64,000 bases of DNA. Origin: Chrysomallon squamiferum (taxonomy: Eukaryota > Animalia > Mollusca). The notes beneath the pieces were generated by a model. That model did not search any database. It worked only from the letters and a program-made list of their open reading frames with translations, and was not told where the DNA came from. Position numbers and translations under genes: made by a program. Position 1 is the first letter of the stretch, and each line of letters opens with the position of its first letter. Shown piece by piece: positions 12,373-26,752 of this stretch. The stretch lies in assembly GCA_012295275.1 (NCBI GenBank), contig CM022669.1:18662001-18726000 (forward strand), written 5' to 3'.

Positions 12373-14247
12373 TATCATATTTCAAAATAAAATGAGATGT
12401 TATATCTGTTAATTATTATCAACAAAAAAGCTGATTTTCTGATTTATATATCAGTTAATTGGAAATGAAGAAAACAATCTTGGGTGCATTATCAGTTTGC
12501 TTGTACCAGAAATGTACATTTAAGATCCATTTTACTCACCTTCACCCACTATGTTGACATGAATGTTTGCCATGTAAACAATGCCATCAAGAATGTCCTG
12601 AAAATTCTTTTGTAATTCCTTCACAGCAGAGGACGATATCTTGAGGAAAGAGAGAGATTTTTCATAATTGTTTTTTTTTAATTAAAATTCAGATATTCAG
12701 TTGTGTGATTTTCTTAAATACTTTTGCAGTATTTCTAGATAAATTGGTATTAGTGTTGCTGTCTTCAACACAAATCAAAATACAGATATTCAGTGAAATA
12801 TGTCTCACTGTAATGCATGCATAAATTGAAATGAAAGTTGCTTTATTATCCAGCCAGAGTTGTGATAGTCCTAAATATGATTTATCACTTTAAACTTAAG
12901 TTTCACAAAATTATCAGAAAGAGTAAAGAACAAAATGTATGTAAAAAACTTCAAAAACAGAAAAAATAAATAATAATAAAAATAAAATTATCTAGATTGT
13001 AAATGTAATTTTTTTAATTTTTTAATTATCATGAAATTATAGTAAAAACATATGAAGAACAATAAATAAAAAAACATTTTATTTTTTATTACTGAAGCAA
13101 ATATGTGTATATATACATACATGCATACATACATACATACATTTGGTTTGGTAATAAAAATACACACACACACATAAAATATAAGAAAGTAAAAGCACAG
13201 TAATTGTAACACACTAAGTATAACTCACTGGAGGCTCTTTCAAAGACATCTGAGATAAAATTCTGCGGCAAAGTAAGAAAATGTGTTCCACGGCTTTTGG
13301 AAGCTGATTTTCCTGCAGTTCTCTCATGTCCGTGCGATTTAGTTTCATTCCTGTCACAGCTCGACTTCAGTAAATTAAAAAAATATAAACAAATAGTATT
13401 AAAATTTAAAAAACAAAAAAAATGTAACTGAAGTTGTGAGATAGAAAAATTAATTCTTTATATGTGACACATTTACATTAATTAATTTCTAAATGGGATA
13501 CAAATAATATGAAAAAGAAAAAACAACACTGTTGTTATCAGATGTTTTTTTTTAACTGATTACTTTATTTTACATTATTAATCTTGCCTAAGACATTTGA
13601 TGAAAGATAAACACCATTACGAAGAATAAATATTTAACAAATTTAATCCTTGGATTAGTAATCTAAAAACTAATTAATTAAAGAGATATTAATAATGAAA
13701 ATTTATACCTGAGAATGTTTACAAGTTTTGCTGCAGTGGTCCATTGTCCTTCTATAATACTGTAATCCTGACGAAGAACAAGAATGAGAACTTGTATGAG
13801 GTTGTACTCAAATATATCTTGACATACCTTTAGATAGTCATTACTCCCGGGGTCTTCACTGTCCAAAATACCTGCAGTAAGAAATATAAGATAACTAATT
13901 ATTCTACAAAATATTTTTTTAAAGTTTTATTATTTAAACACGGTAAACTTCAACTTGTACGATATGGGACGTGTTTGAGAATGAAAATATATCGTAACCA
14001 TTATAAACCTGCTAATTAATTTTATTTTATTTCGATCGTTGTGTTGACAAATAAAATTTCTTTGGATTCCTATCAACAGTTAACAGTGATTTACATTCTC
14101 CTCATTTATTATTTATTTACAAAAATAATATTTACCCTCAAGTTTCAGTAACAACAATGGAACTCGTCTGTCTTTCGTTTCTGCAATTTCAGACGCAAGA
14201 TTCAAGACTCTCTTGTCAGCTTTTTTTCGTTTCTCTGTTGTATTCAT
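7181..14247 (-). CDS. IQCB1: IQ calmodulin-binding motif-containing protein 1 / nephrocystin-5, 14 coding exons, ~593 aa
   Basis: Hand-spliced complement(join(7181..7380,8186..8342,8960..9091,9602..9750,10021..10163,10432..10541,10995..11103,11242..11316,11508..11603,11981..12080,12540..12639,13229..13364,13709..13871,14136..14247)) = 1782 nt. All introns are GT-AG with consistent phases. The protein matches the recalled NPHP5 pattern: N-terminal DKRVLNLASEIAE..VPLLLLKL, LVLRQDYSIIEGQWTT, LDELIYKLS, RYKGLR, IQ motifs (IQAVWKG, IQKIWRG, IQRHVR) and C-terminal APSLKE..SRSVPV..PWWKRL. Confidence 0.95.
8186..8342 (-). CDS. IQCB1: IQCB1 coding exon 13 (TTRKTREEVEEIH...HRDALLARLETDSQLIL)
   Basis: TATCAG acceptor, GTAAGA donor; lies inside supplied ORF 8145-8408. 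Confidence 0.9.
8960..9091 (-). CDS. IQCB1: IQCB1 coding exon 12 (VRLWLER...PGLTDERRVELHKQIEEYREMYP)
   Basis: GTCCAG acceptor, GTGAGT donor. Confidence 0.9.
9602..9750 (-). CDS. IQCB1: IQCB1 coding exon 11, IQ motifs (DQVERYLE...IQKIWRG...IKIQRH)
   Basis: TCACAG acceptor, GTATGT donor. Confidence 0.92.
10021..10163 (-). CDS. IQCB1: IQCB1 coding exon 10, coiled coil (LKKDILERTREQ...LEIMPA)
   Basis: CTGTAG acceptor, GTGAGA donor; lies inside supplied ORF 9992-10207. Confidence 0.9.
10432..10541 (-). CDS. IQCB1: IQCB1 coding exon 9, IQ motif (KYHQAAALIQAVWKGVSTRRKL...)
   Basis: TTCAG acceptor, GTCAGT donor; IQxxWKGxxxR motif. Confidence 0.92.
10995..11103 (-). CDS. IQCB1: IQCB1 coding exon 8 (GLRPLLARWQGKGFGRDLKQLLVILDSGSAKQAEMV)
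   Basis: TTTCAG acceptor, GTGAGT donor. Confidence 0.9.
11242..11316 (-). CDS. IQCB1: IQCB1 coding exon 7 (AATKCVIRMCDSYKLLSEVLCTRYK)
   Basis: TTTCAG acceptor, GTAAGT donor. Confidence 0.87.
11508..11603 (-). CDS. IQCB1: IQCB1 coding exon 6 (VAVSQTDQKIIYSILDELIYKLSVNNNAQIA)
   Basis: CTGTAG acceptor, GTATGT donor. Confidence 0.88.
11981..12080 (-). CDS. IQCB1: IQCB1 coding exon 5 (VLKSPWLLQLLITDE...IRTYG)
   Basis: TTTTAG acceptor, GTACAG donor; contains the LQLLITD motif. Confidence 0.87.
12540..12639 (-). CDS. IQCB1: IQCB1 coding exon 4 (ISSSAVKELQKNFQDILDGIVYMANIHVNIVGE)
   Basis: Polypyrimidine tract plus AAG acceptor; GTGAGT donor. Confidence 0.85.
13229..13364 (-). CDS. IQCB1: IQCB1 coding exon 3 (RAVTGMKL...LKEPP)
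   Basis: AG acceptor and GTGAGT donor; phase-compatible with neighbouring exons. Confidence 0.85.
13709..13871 (-). CDS. IQCB1: IQCB1 coding exon 2 (GILDSEDPGS...LVNIL)
   Basis: CTGCAG acceptor, GTATAA donor; overlaps supplied ORF 13678-13866. Confidence 0.92.
14136..14247 (-). CDS. IQCB1: IQCB1 coding exon 1 (MNTTEKRKKADKRVLNLASEIAETKDRRVPLLLLKLE)
   Basis: ATG at 14247 (context GAGCCATG); donor GTAAA at 14135. Confidence 0.9.
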
Positions 14248-14403
14248 GGCTCTATTTCACTGTGCATCGATGACTTAAATAAAACTAACAATTTACACCG
14301 ATTCAAAACAGGTTCATGCTTGTTGTCAATTAGAGTTATCGTCCCTTGGTGTTGGATCTGACCTAAAATCTGGATATTTTGATGTCTGTGTGTGTCCTTG
14401 TGT

Positions 14404-14456
<53 letters not shown>

Positions 14457-15228
14457 AATCACTACCTACATTAACGCATTGAGCAGAAATATTAAATAAT
14501 TAATAAAATAAATTAATATATGGAGTAATTTATATCCAGAAATAAAGGAAATTATAATAAATTAAATAAATAAATAAAAAATTGCACACTTCTATAATGT
14601 AAACATGTAATAAAAAATAAATAAATTGCAAGATGTTATAAATATATTTACTGAAATATAAACACCATTTTTGTATACAAATACAAATCAGAATATTTAA
14701 TTACCAGTAATAAAACAAAACATACAAAATTTTAGTAAACAATTATACAGAAAATGCATTAACAAAATTGTAAATGAACATTTACTTTTTTTTTTTTTTT
14801 AAATAGTATATATTTTAAAATACATCAATAATGTGATCACAAAGATATTTGAAACTAAATGCACCTTTAGTCTGTCACAGGTTTATTTTTTATTTAGTTT
14901 TTCTCTACATATTTTTTAACAAAAATGACTCCACAAGTACACAAGAAAGAAATAAAAAACAACAGCTTCCTGTAATCACTACATCCTTTTCAAACTTTAT
15001 TGTTAGTAAAGATTAATCTCCCATTTTAAAAAAAAAAAACACAATAGAAAACCATGAATCACGTTCAAGACTGAAAATATATTTAGACTACATGTCCATA
15101 CAAGAGGAATATTTAAAGGAGACAACTTTTGATTTGTCTATTATCTATTATTTAATTAAAACTATTACCATCTTCATAACAGTTATGGATGCTAATTTAG
15201 AGTTCTCGTTTGGTTATAAATGTGTGTG

Positions 15229-15436
15229 TCAGGAATCTGCTCTTTGACACACAAACCCGAACTGTTCCACCTGTCTGTACATAGAAATAAACTGAGCAGC
15301 TTTAGTGGTTCTTTTTAAGAGAAAATGTTGGATGAAAGTTTGTTTGTCTTGGAATTCAGGGAACACGCAATGCATGTTGAGACTGTGAAGAAAACTAAGA
15401 ACAAAGTCGAAGCAGTTGTTGTGTGCTTCATGGTAC
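15229..15436 (-). CDS. MKRN2OS: MKRN2OS last coding exon (RYHEAHNNCFDF...QRADS*)
   Basis: TCTCAG acceptor; TGA stop at 15229-15231. Confidence 0.9.
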
Positions 15437-15714
15437 CTGAGAATACAAAACAAATTAAATGAAATATATATATATTTTGGAAAACAGAACTCTTTTTCAA
15501 ATATAATTTACTTATATACTAAGGCACCTATAGATACATATTTATTATATAACTGTATTTAGTATCAGAATTTGCTTAAGTTCGTAAGTAGTAATTTCAA
15601 AATATGCAGCAAATTATCACTACTTTAATGAATATTATTAAAGTTGAGTGAGATTATAGAGCACTTGTTTGAAAAATGTTCTCAAAATCAAACCGTGTTT
15701 TTAAGTATTATTAC

Positions 15715-15775
<61 letters not shown>

Positions 15776-16524
15776 TGGCATATCAGTATTGCAAAATCCA
15801 ACAGTTAATAATAATCATTAATATGTAACACTGTACTGCCATGTCAGCAATCATTCATTCTTTAATTCCTTTTGTCATTCATTCATTTATCCAATTCATT
15901 CATAATTATGTTTGGATTAAACAAGTAAGTGCCATCAATTTTCAATGTCTTAATTCTCTATACTAATTACTTTTCTCTCAAATGTTATCTATACAGCATT
16001 CAAAATCATTAGTGTATTAAATAAGTGCCATGTGGTCAATATTTATTACGGATATAGCCGTATTGCTTGTACATCCATTTATTTATTTTATTGTTATTAG
16101 GATTATTGCATTATTTATCTACTGAAAAGACAAATTTAGTATTTCTCAAGATAAAAAATGCTCTGAAAGTGTTGACACTGTAAAAACACTAGCTCACCTA
16201 TATGCAGACCAGACATTGTAATTAGCAAACTGATACAATTTCCTGTCCCACTGTTGACTGTCTAATCCAGATTTCTCTAACAATGATATAGACAAACACT
16301 CATTCCAGACTGAGTCTCCGTGTAGGCCATCTTCATCGAAGTCCAGCAGGACTCCTGAATAAATAATAATTTATTAATTAAAATTTGTGTTATCGTTACA
16401 ATTTATTTATTATTTATTATGCTTTTCAAGAAACAAACCCCAAAAAAAAAAACCACCAAAAAATAACAAAAAACCTCAACACATTAAAACAGAACTGATT
16501 ATAATATGCAGTGGATATTACTTT

Positions 16525-16566
<42 letters not shown>

Positions 16567-18074
16567 TTAATAATAATAATTTATTATTATTATTATTATT
16601 AAAAATATTTTTTAATTAAAATATTTTACTTGATATAAAATTTAGCATAATTTTCAATAAATGAAACAACAACATATATAACTAAATAAAGAATCATCTA
16701 TGGCAAACAATTCTTTTATTGAAATGATTTTGAACATCATCCTGCAATACACGCTCGTAATATTGTAATTAACATGTACATGTATTTTTGTGGAGGTGTT
16801 AATATTATTAAAATAAAATATAAACAAACCAGAAGAATCTGTAACACCAACATGAAGATTTGCTGAATTTACATAGTTTCTGAAAAAAAAAATAAAATAA
16901 AATAAAATAAAATAAAATAAAATAATTATATATATATATATATATCACATAACATATTCAATTAAAATTATTATCATTATTATTTTAAATATAATTAGAT
17001 TTCTGTTATTTTAATTTATGTTGTACAAAAAAAAAAAAAAAAAAAAAATATTAAGAATAAAAAATTCATTACAGATTATAAAGATTTAAATTGAATTATT
17101 GTTATTATTATATTTTTTAATATCATGAATATTTGTTTAAATGATTTTTAACATTAAATAACAATTATCTTTTGATAATAAAAATCAAATAAAAGATAAA
17201 ATAGATATATATAATCATGGCTTTTTTCTATGAATGACACTGAAATACTGTAAATAACTGTAAAATATAAATCTGTCCTAACAAAAACTATAATTAATAT
17301 TAATTACCAGTTCAATGCCATCTCACTATAATTCGGAATCAGTAATTTTACTTTTTCTTTCTTTCATGTTATTTTTTTTGTTTCCATATATTTCATTTTT
17401 TAAACCAGTAAAATGAGACAAAATTTGTAATATGATTTTCACAGATCAGTTAGCAACAAGAGAATATATATATGTCGACATTCCCATTGGTGTGAAAATA
17501 AATACCTTTAATCTTTAATTCAAAACTTCATACCAATGGTTGAAACAGAAAATTACCATTAACCCTTTCCCTGCTAAACTGAAAATAATAACTCATCTGT
17601 ATCAACAAGACTGGTAGTTTGTACTGCCACCCAATAGGTGGCAGCACCTATTGGGCTGATGTGACATTTGGTAGTATCTTCAACTATATTTGTTTTTTGC
17701 AGCATAATCGGAAGATTTAAAAAAATCTTTAAGGCCTTGGGATAAATCTGCTTTCCACAGTTAAAAGTAATAAACTTCTGAGAGGATTTATCCATTATCA
17801 TAAGTAAAAGGGTTAATTTAACAAAAATATACACAAACCTTATGAAAGTTCCTATGGTTGGTTTAATAGCGATACTACATGGCGACTTCTTTGATGTTGT
17901 GAATGGTGATGAAAGACAGAATGGTGGAATGCGACTTTCTGTGGTCAAAGTGCTCTGGTGACAGAGGGGGCATAACTCCGGAACTCTGAAGCACACAATG
18001 TTGGTTTGTTTCTTGCAGTGTTGGAAACATAACAGGGGTCTAGTATCAGTTGATCTAGATGTTATGGCCGCCAT
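15229..18074 (-). CDS. MKRN2OS: MKRN2 opposite strand protein-like, 4 coding exons, ~216 aa
   Basis: complement(join(15229..15436,16198..16354,16830..16879,17839..18074)) = 651 nt, GT-AG introns, in frame. Motifs FQHC, F.VPELCPLC, SPF, IKPTIGTF, LHVGVTDSSG, W.ECLSI, QWD..L, RY.E.HNNCFDF and KAAQFISMYR match the recalled MKRN2OS family pattern. Confidence 0.92.
16198..16354 (-). CDS. MKRN2OS: MKRN2OS coding exon 3 (GVLLDFDEDG...WSAY)
   Basis: ATTCAG acceptor, GTGAGC donor. Confidence 0.9.
16830..16879 (-). CDS. MKRN2OS: MKRN2OS coding exon 2 (NYVNSANLHVGVTDSS)
   Basis: TTTCAG acceptor, GTTTGT donor; contains the LHVG motif. Confidence 0.88.
17563..17812. mobile_element. Non-autonomous piggyBac-type MITE (~250 bp) in MKRN2OS intron
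   Basis: TTAA (17559-62) then CCCTTT at the left end; AAAGGG then TTAA (17813-16) at the right end. A TTAA target duplication and CCC/GGG termini are piggyBac hallmarks. The perfect terminal repeat is only 6 bp. Confidence 0.6.
17839..18074 (-). CDS. MKRN2OS: MKRN2OS coding exon 1
   Basis: ATG at 18074; donor GTTTGT at 17838. An upstream acceptor TTTTACAG ending at 18193 suggests the exon begins with 5' UTR at 18192. Confidence 0.9.
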
Positions 18075-18200
18075 TACGAATGTGTTTCATTGATATTTAT
18101 ATGAAGATGTTCTGTTGATGCTAACTATATTGATGCAACACTGACCTGCATACTTTTCCATTCTTCATGTTCATTTTGATTTGATTTGATAACTGTAAAA

Positions 18201-18231
<31 letters not shown>

Positions 18232-18539
18232 ACATTTATTGATATTATATGAACAAATTTATATTTTATGAATACAACACATTTTATTAATAAAGTAGTT
18301 TATTATTATTTAATATTCTGCAACTAAGATCATTTTATAAACAAAAAATAAATAAAATTTATAATATAAAAAAAGTGAAATTTGAAAATTATAGGATCGT
18401 ATGTTATAGATTAACATTTGTAAGTTTTAAAATACATATTTAAATTTATTCAGCTTCAGGCAAAAGTTCTGTTTAAGTATCGACATTTCTTTCTTTTCTT
18501 TTCTTTTCTCTTTATATTTTACTACAACGCTTAACTTAC

Positions 18540-18800
18540 CAACATCACACGCTTTCAGTGATAAGTTAATCATAAACTTTTCTTTTCAATAAATATATAT
18601 CAACAAGCAAAAAAAGAACGATTGTTTCTTTTATCATACATAAATATTTATCTATGTAAATCGAAAGATTTTCATACTGAACAAAATTCTAATAGTTTTA
18701 TCGCCTATTTATGTTTTCCAGGAAGGAGGTGAGAAACACGTAATGGGAGATAACTACAAAAATGGAGACGGGTAAACGACGGACGGCTTTTATTGGGCTA
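18540..18800 (-). promoter_or_regulatory. Probable MKRN2OS promoter and non-coding first exon
   Basis: Strong donor G|GTAAGT at 18540/18539 on the minus strand pairs with the acceptor at 18193. A local CpG-containing patch at 18720-18800 holds a CCAAT box (ATTGG about 18792) and GGGAGATAACT. Confidence 0.5.
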
Positions 18801-20128
18801 TTTTGAATATTAAATTTGATGTAAATGTATTGGTAGATCATAGCTATGTATAAAAATAATTGTGATAATACAGTTCCATTTCGGATGTACTAGCGGTGTG
18901 ATTAATTATTATCATCATCATCTCAATTACAATAAAAACTTAGTCGGAATCGTTGTTATAGTTGTTATTATTATTATTATTATTAGAAGTAGTAGTGGTA
19001 GTTCTGCTAGTATTTGAGTCATGTGTCACTCTTGATGTTAGCAAACACGGTTATTTCCCTTGTTCCATTTGATTTAACGTCGAAGCTGTTTTGAATAAAA
19101 CTAAATTTAATATTCTTAAAGACAGTTAATTTCTATTGCAAACACAGATAATCTTGAATCACAGACCAGTCTCTTATTAAGCCGACAAATTTATTAAAAA
19201 CATTATTTTTCTGTTTGATTTTTATTAACGATTATCAATAATTATTCTTAAATAAATATAGATTCAAGGAATTGTTTTTAAAAAACCATTTATGTTGTTG
19301 CCGCCATTTTGACCTGAGATTTAACTTTGTGTTGAAATTTGGAGGTAATTGTGAAAACAAATTTTGCAACATTTGCTCATTTTCGTTAAAAGCACGAGAA
19401 AGATTCTCCAGAAAATGCAAAGAAAGAAATTAAAAGAAGAAAAACGTGCTTAAATATCAGTCTTTGCGGTTTGTTTATTTGCATTCACAGAGTGACTTAT
19501 GGCGGTTATCAATTATTCATAACTGAAATAATATTAATAGGTTAAATATGGATATGACATTTTTGATTACTGATAAAAATAATAATACCAGCATTAAGCA
19601 ACAAATTAATAAACAGTAATAACAACAACAACAACAACAACAATAATAATAATAATAAAAAAAAAAATAATAATAATAATAACAGAGAACAATATAAAGC
19701 GGCTTCTATTATCTTACTTTAAATTAATGTTTATATGTCTTATTCAAATGTCAAGCTGTAACGTCAATACGTTAGGCAGCTAATGCATAATTCTACTTTT
19801 CTGTCTGTGAGAACATCAGTGATTGTCTGTAATGTTAGTTTTGTTTCTTAATCGCATCTGTTCGTACAAGTATTTCTGTTTTTATTTTTATCTTATAACA
19901 AAAGGTTATACATAAAAAGAAAGAAAGAGAGAAAGAAAGAAAGAAAAACAAATAGCACAAAGTGATTGACGTATAGAACAGTTTTTAAAATTCATCTTTG
20001 TTTTGATTCAGATATCAAAACACATGGAGACTGACAAATCGAATGACTGGTAAATCGAGCTTCTGTAGGATAAAGAAAAGAAAAAAAAACAACATAATAT
20101 AATGTAATGTAATGTAATAACACACACG

Positions 20129-20171
<43 letters not shown>

Positions 20172-20329
20172 GAATTTAAATATCTGCAAATAATATGTAA
20201 AATATTGAAGTAAACACATGTTGCGGTCTGGGCCCGCAAACGAAAATTTATCTCGTCATCATATATTTCTGTTGCATATTGTGACTGCAGAACATCCATA
20301 CATGCATTCATAAACACAAAGACGGAGAG

Positions 20330-23380
<3,051 letters not shown>

Positions 23381-23563
23381 TATCTTAGAATACAACTAAA
23401 CGTCCTTTCATTTGTTAGCATTTTATTATGAAATAATTTTATTATAAGATAATGTTATTACAAGAAATTATTCAATATAAATTAACATTAACATATTTTT
23501 GCCGAATCTTATTCTGTGTTTAAAGTTGTCAAATAAATAGAATCTCTAGACCTTCACAAAGAT

Positions 23564-23731
<168 letters not shown>

Positions 23732-24924
23732 CATTTTGTTTTCTATTCTTTTCAAGAAAAAGAAAAGCACGAAATATTCTATAAAGTCAATGACAAATAG
23801 TTTGAAAATGCTAAAACGAAATTAGTTTATGATGTCCTGATATATTTCGTATTAATGGAGTAGGCGATATCGCTTTTTGTCTAAATTTGTCTTTCTTTAT
23901 TTGAAGTAACTAAGACAACAACAGCTCAATATTAAAATGATTTGTTCCTGTTGGTATCTGACAGGAAACTATTGACCACAAATACAGAATTATCGCCAAA
24001 TAGTCTGTAACTATAGTAACAAAACAGAGCAACCATGACGCAGAGGAAATTCACTTTTTCTTCACTTTAAAAAAAAAAAAAAAAAAAATGTCGTTCCCTC
24101 TTCGGTAACTGAGAACACACGGAAATGGACGACGTCGTGGGGCGACGTTATACAAGTCGTCTCAAGATGATGCTTTGCCGTCTGTGTCAGAATTTCTGAC
24201 CGTGCTCGTTATGCTCTGTGTCCACTTCTTTGTACTCGTAATTAAACTCTTACGCCAGTTACAAAGCTTGTCGCCTTTCCATTACGGTGCCATACCCTGC
24301 CAGTATGACAAAGGTGCCATGCCACCTAGCGGTGTGGCCGCATTGTCTCCCTTTGTTTCCCGTACAATCGGAACGAACTCGTGGTGGTGGCGAGTTCTTA
24401 TCACTTTACGGTAAAGAATGGCGAATCCGGCCTGCTGGCTGTTTGTTTTTAACACGCTGAACAAAACACAGTGTACGGCCATCTTTGTTTACCGGAAGTC
24501 GTTTGCCAAAATCTGTAACACCATTCAACAGTAATCTTCATAATTGTGTCGCTCCAGATTTGTAGGTTAGGTAAAAAATGGAAAAGAGATAACGTTTGGT
24601 AATTTTGACTTCCTTCTGTCATACAGATAAAAAAAAAAAAAAATGTAATTACTACTATTATTAGTGTTGTCCTTGTTGTTGTTGTAGTTTTATTTTATTT
24701 ATTTATTTATTTATTTAAAACCATCGTATAGTGACTGCATTAACTTGATTAATGACACATATGTTGAAATAGCTTATTGGTTTCTCCAGTAATAATTGTT
24801 TCATTCCGTGAAATCGATGAGTAATGTATTTCATAAAAAATCATAATGTATCTCCATCAATGATGATGGATGATACCACTTAGGCCTAGACACATACATG
24901 TGTACATACACAGACACACACACA

Positions 24925-25134
24925 CATGCACATACATACGTACACATCCAAACAAACATTGATACATAGATACATAAATCTTACACACATACACTACATT
25001 ATGAAGCATTATTGTTATGATGATGATGATAATGGTAAAGAAGCAGTAAAGGTAATAAACCTAATAGTAATAACAAGAATAATATTGATTATGAAGGCGA
25101 TGATGATAATGATGATGATAATGTTGATGATGCA

Positions 25135-25179
<45 letters not shown>

Positions 25180-25594
25180 GAACTTTAACAGTAACGAAAC
25201 ATCTGGAGGAAATTAGAAATTACAGTTCTGTTGCCATGGTGAATATAATTTTAAAGATAAAACGGGAGGACTTCCTGTTAACTATCTTGTATCCATGTTT
25301 GTTAAAAATAAATTGTAATTTAGTGAAGAAATACATAAATTTTGACAAATAACAAAATCTGTAATCTTATTCACGTATTAATAAAATATGTACCCTGATA
25401 ATTGAAACTGTTATGGCTGTAACTGTTTTTATTTTCCAGTTTTCACTTTTATAACTCGATTTGAAAAAAACAACAAAAAAACATAAAAAATATAAAATAA
25501 AATAAAAATAAAAAATAAATAAATAAAGATAATAATTATTTATTTATTTGCTTTTTTTTATATTAAATAAGCAACTTATTATTTAATATTATTT

Positions 25595-25600
<6 letters not shown>
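24925..25600 (+). repeat. Left arm of ~0.65-kb inverted duplication (partner 43850-44510)
   Basis: ACACTACATTATGAAGCATTATTGTTAT (about 24991), TGTAATCTTATTCACGTATTAATAAAA (about 25360) and CAGTTTTCACTTTTATAACTCGATTTG (about 25437) all recur as reverse complements in the partner. Confidence 0.92.
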
Positions 25601-25633
<33 letters not shown>

Positions 25634-26509
25634 TTTTTGTAGTAGTAATGGTTATTATTATTAGTAGTAGTAGTAGTAGTAGTAGTGGTAGTAGTTTGTT
25701 GTTGTTGTTGTTGTGTTTTTTGTGGGGGTTGATTTTGTGGTTTCTATTGTGGTGGTTGTTGTGAAACGCATGAGAAACTATAATATATCAGTCATGTCAC
25801 TTAAAAAAAAAAAAATAATAATAATAAAATAAAATAAAAAGTTAAAGACTTCTTCTCAACTCTTGGTCAAGTCAAGTGATTCAGGCACTAGAGAATGTCA
25901 CTGTATAACATGACAATGGCCAGTTCGGTCTTGTCATTTTCTGTTTTCAAAATTAGCAGACGACACCTTTTTCACAAAACTGATCCTCGTGGTAGGACTC
26001 GTCAAGTTGTCGCCGGAGTCTTTTCAAACTGAGCCATCTTGCTCGCGACCCACTGTTTGCTTATTCTTCGGCGAGGAAAGCTGCGCTGGGGTTCCATTCA
26101 GAGCTGGAAGCCGTCAATGCAGCTCGCCAGCCCCTCGTTTTTGTCCGAAATTACAAGGGGAAGAAGCTGGGCGGGGCAGTACATGAAACGCCGTAATCCG
26201 ATTGACAAAAGCTAATGTAACCGCCATTTTCGTTTTGTCTTTCGTTTGTTTTCCACCGTTTCTTTTATATGGTCCTTCTTCAACATTATTTCTTTTTTTT
26301 TTTTTTTTTTTTTTTCTGTTATTGTTTTCCATTTCCTATTTTCTGATCCTTCCTGGATTATTTTTCTTGTTATATTTTTTTTTTTTTTTTTGTTTTTCAC
26401 GTCCGTTGACAGATGGTCAAACATAATGTTAAACACAATTTTAGTTTGTTTTTTCAAAATTTTAGAAATGGACGTTTTGCTCCAGAGCTGTTCTCTTGTA
26501 TCACTGAAT

Positions 26510-26552
<43 letters not shown>

Positions 26553-26709
26553 TGATGATTATGATGATCATCATGAGATGAAGATGATGACGATGTTGAT
26601 GATGCTGATGATCATCATAACGATGAACATTATAAGAAAAGAAATATCATCGTTAACAACAACAGCAACAATAATAATAATAATAATGATGATGATGATG
26701 ATGACATGG

Positions 26710-26752
<43 letters not shown>

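Noticed and set aside
17574-17838. C-terminal half of the 166-aa supplied ORF
   Set aside because: It reads through the MKRN2OS donor at 17838 into intron and MITE sequence; family similarity continues instead in the exon at 16830-16879.
18762-18776. ATGGAGACGG|GTAAAC as first exon of a divergent plus-strand gene
   Set aside because: No downstream coding exons could be found to join to it.
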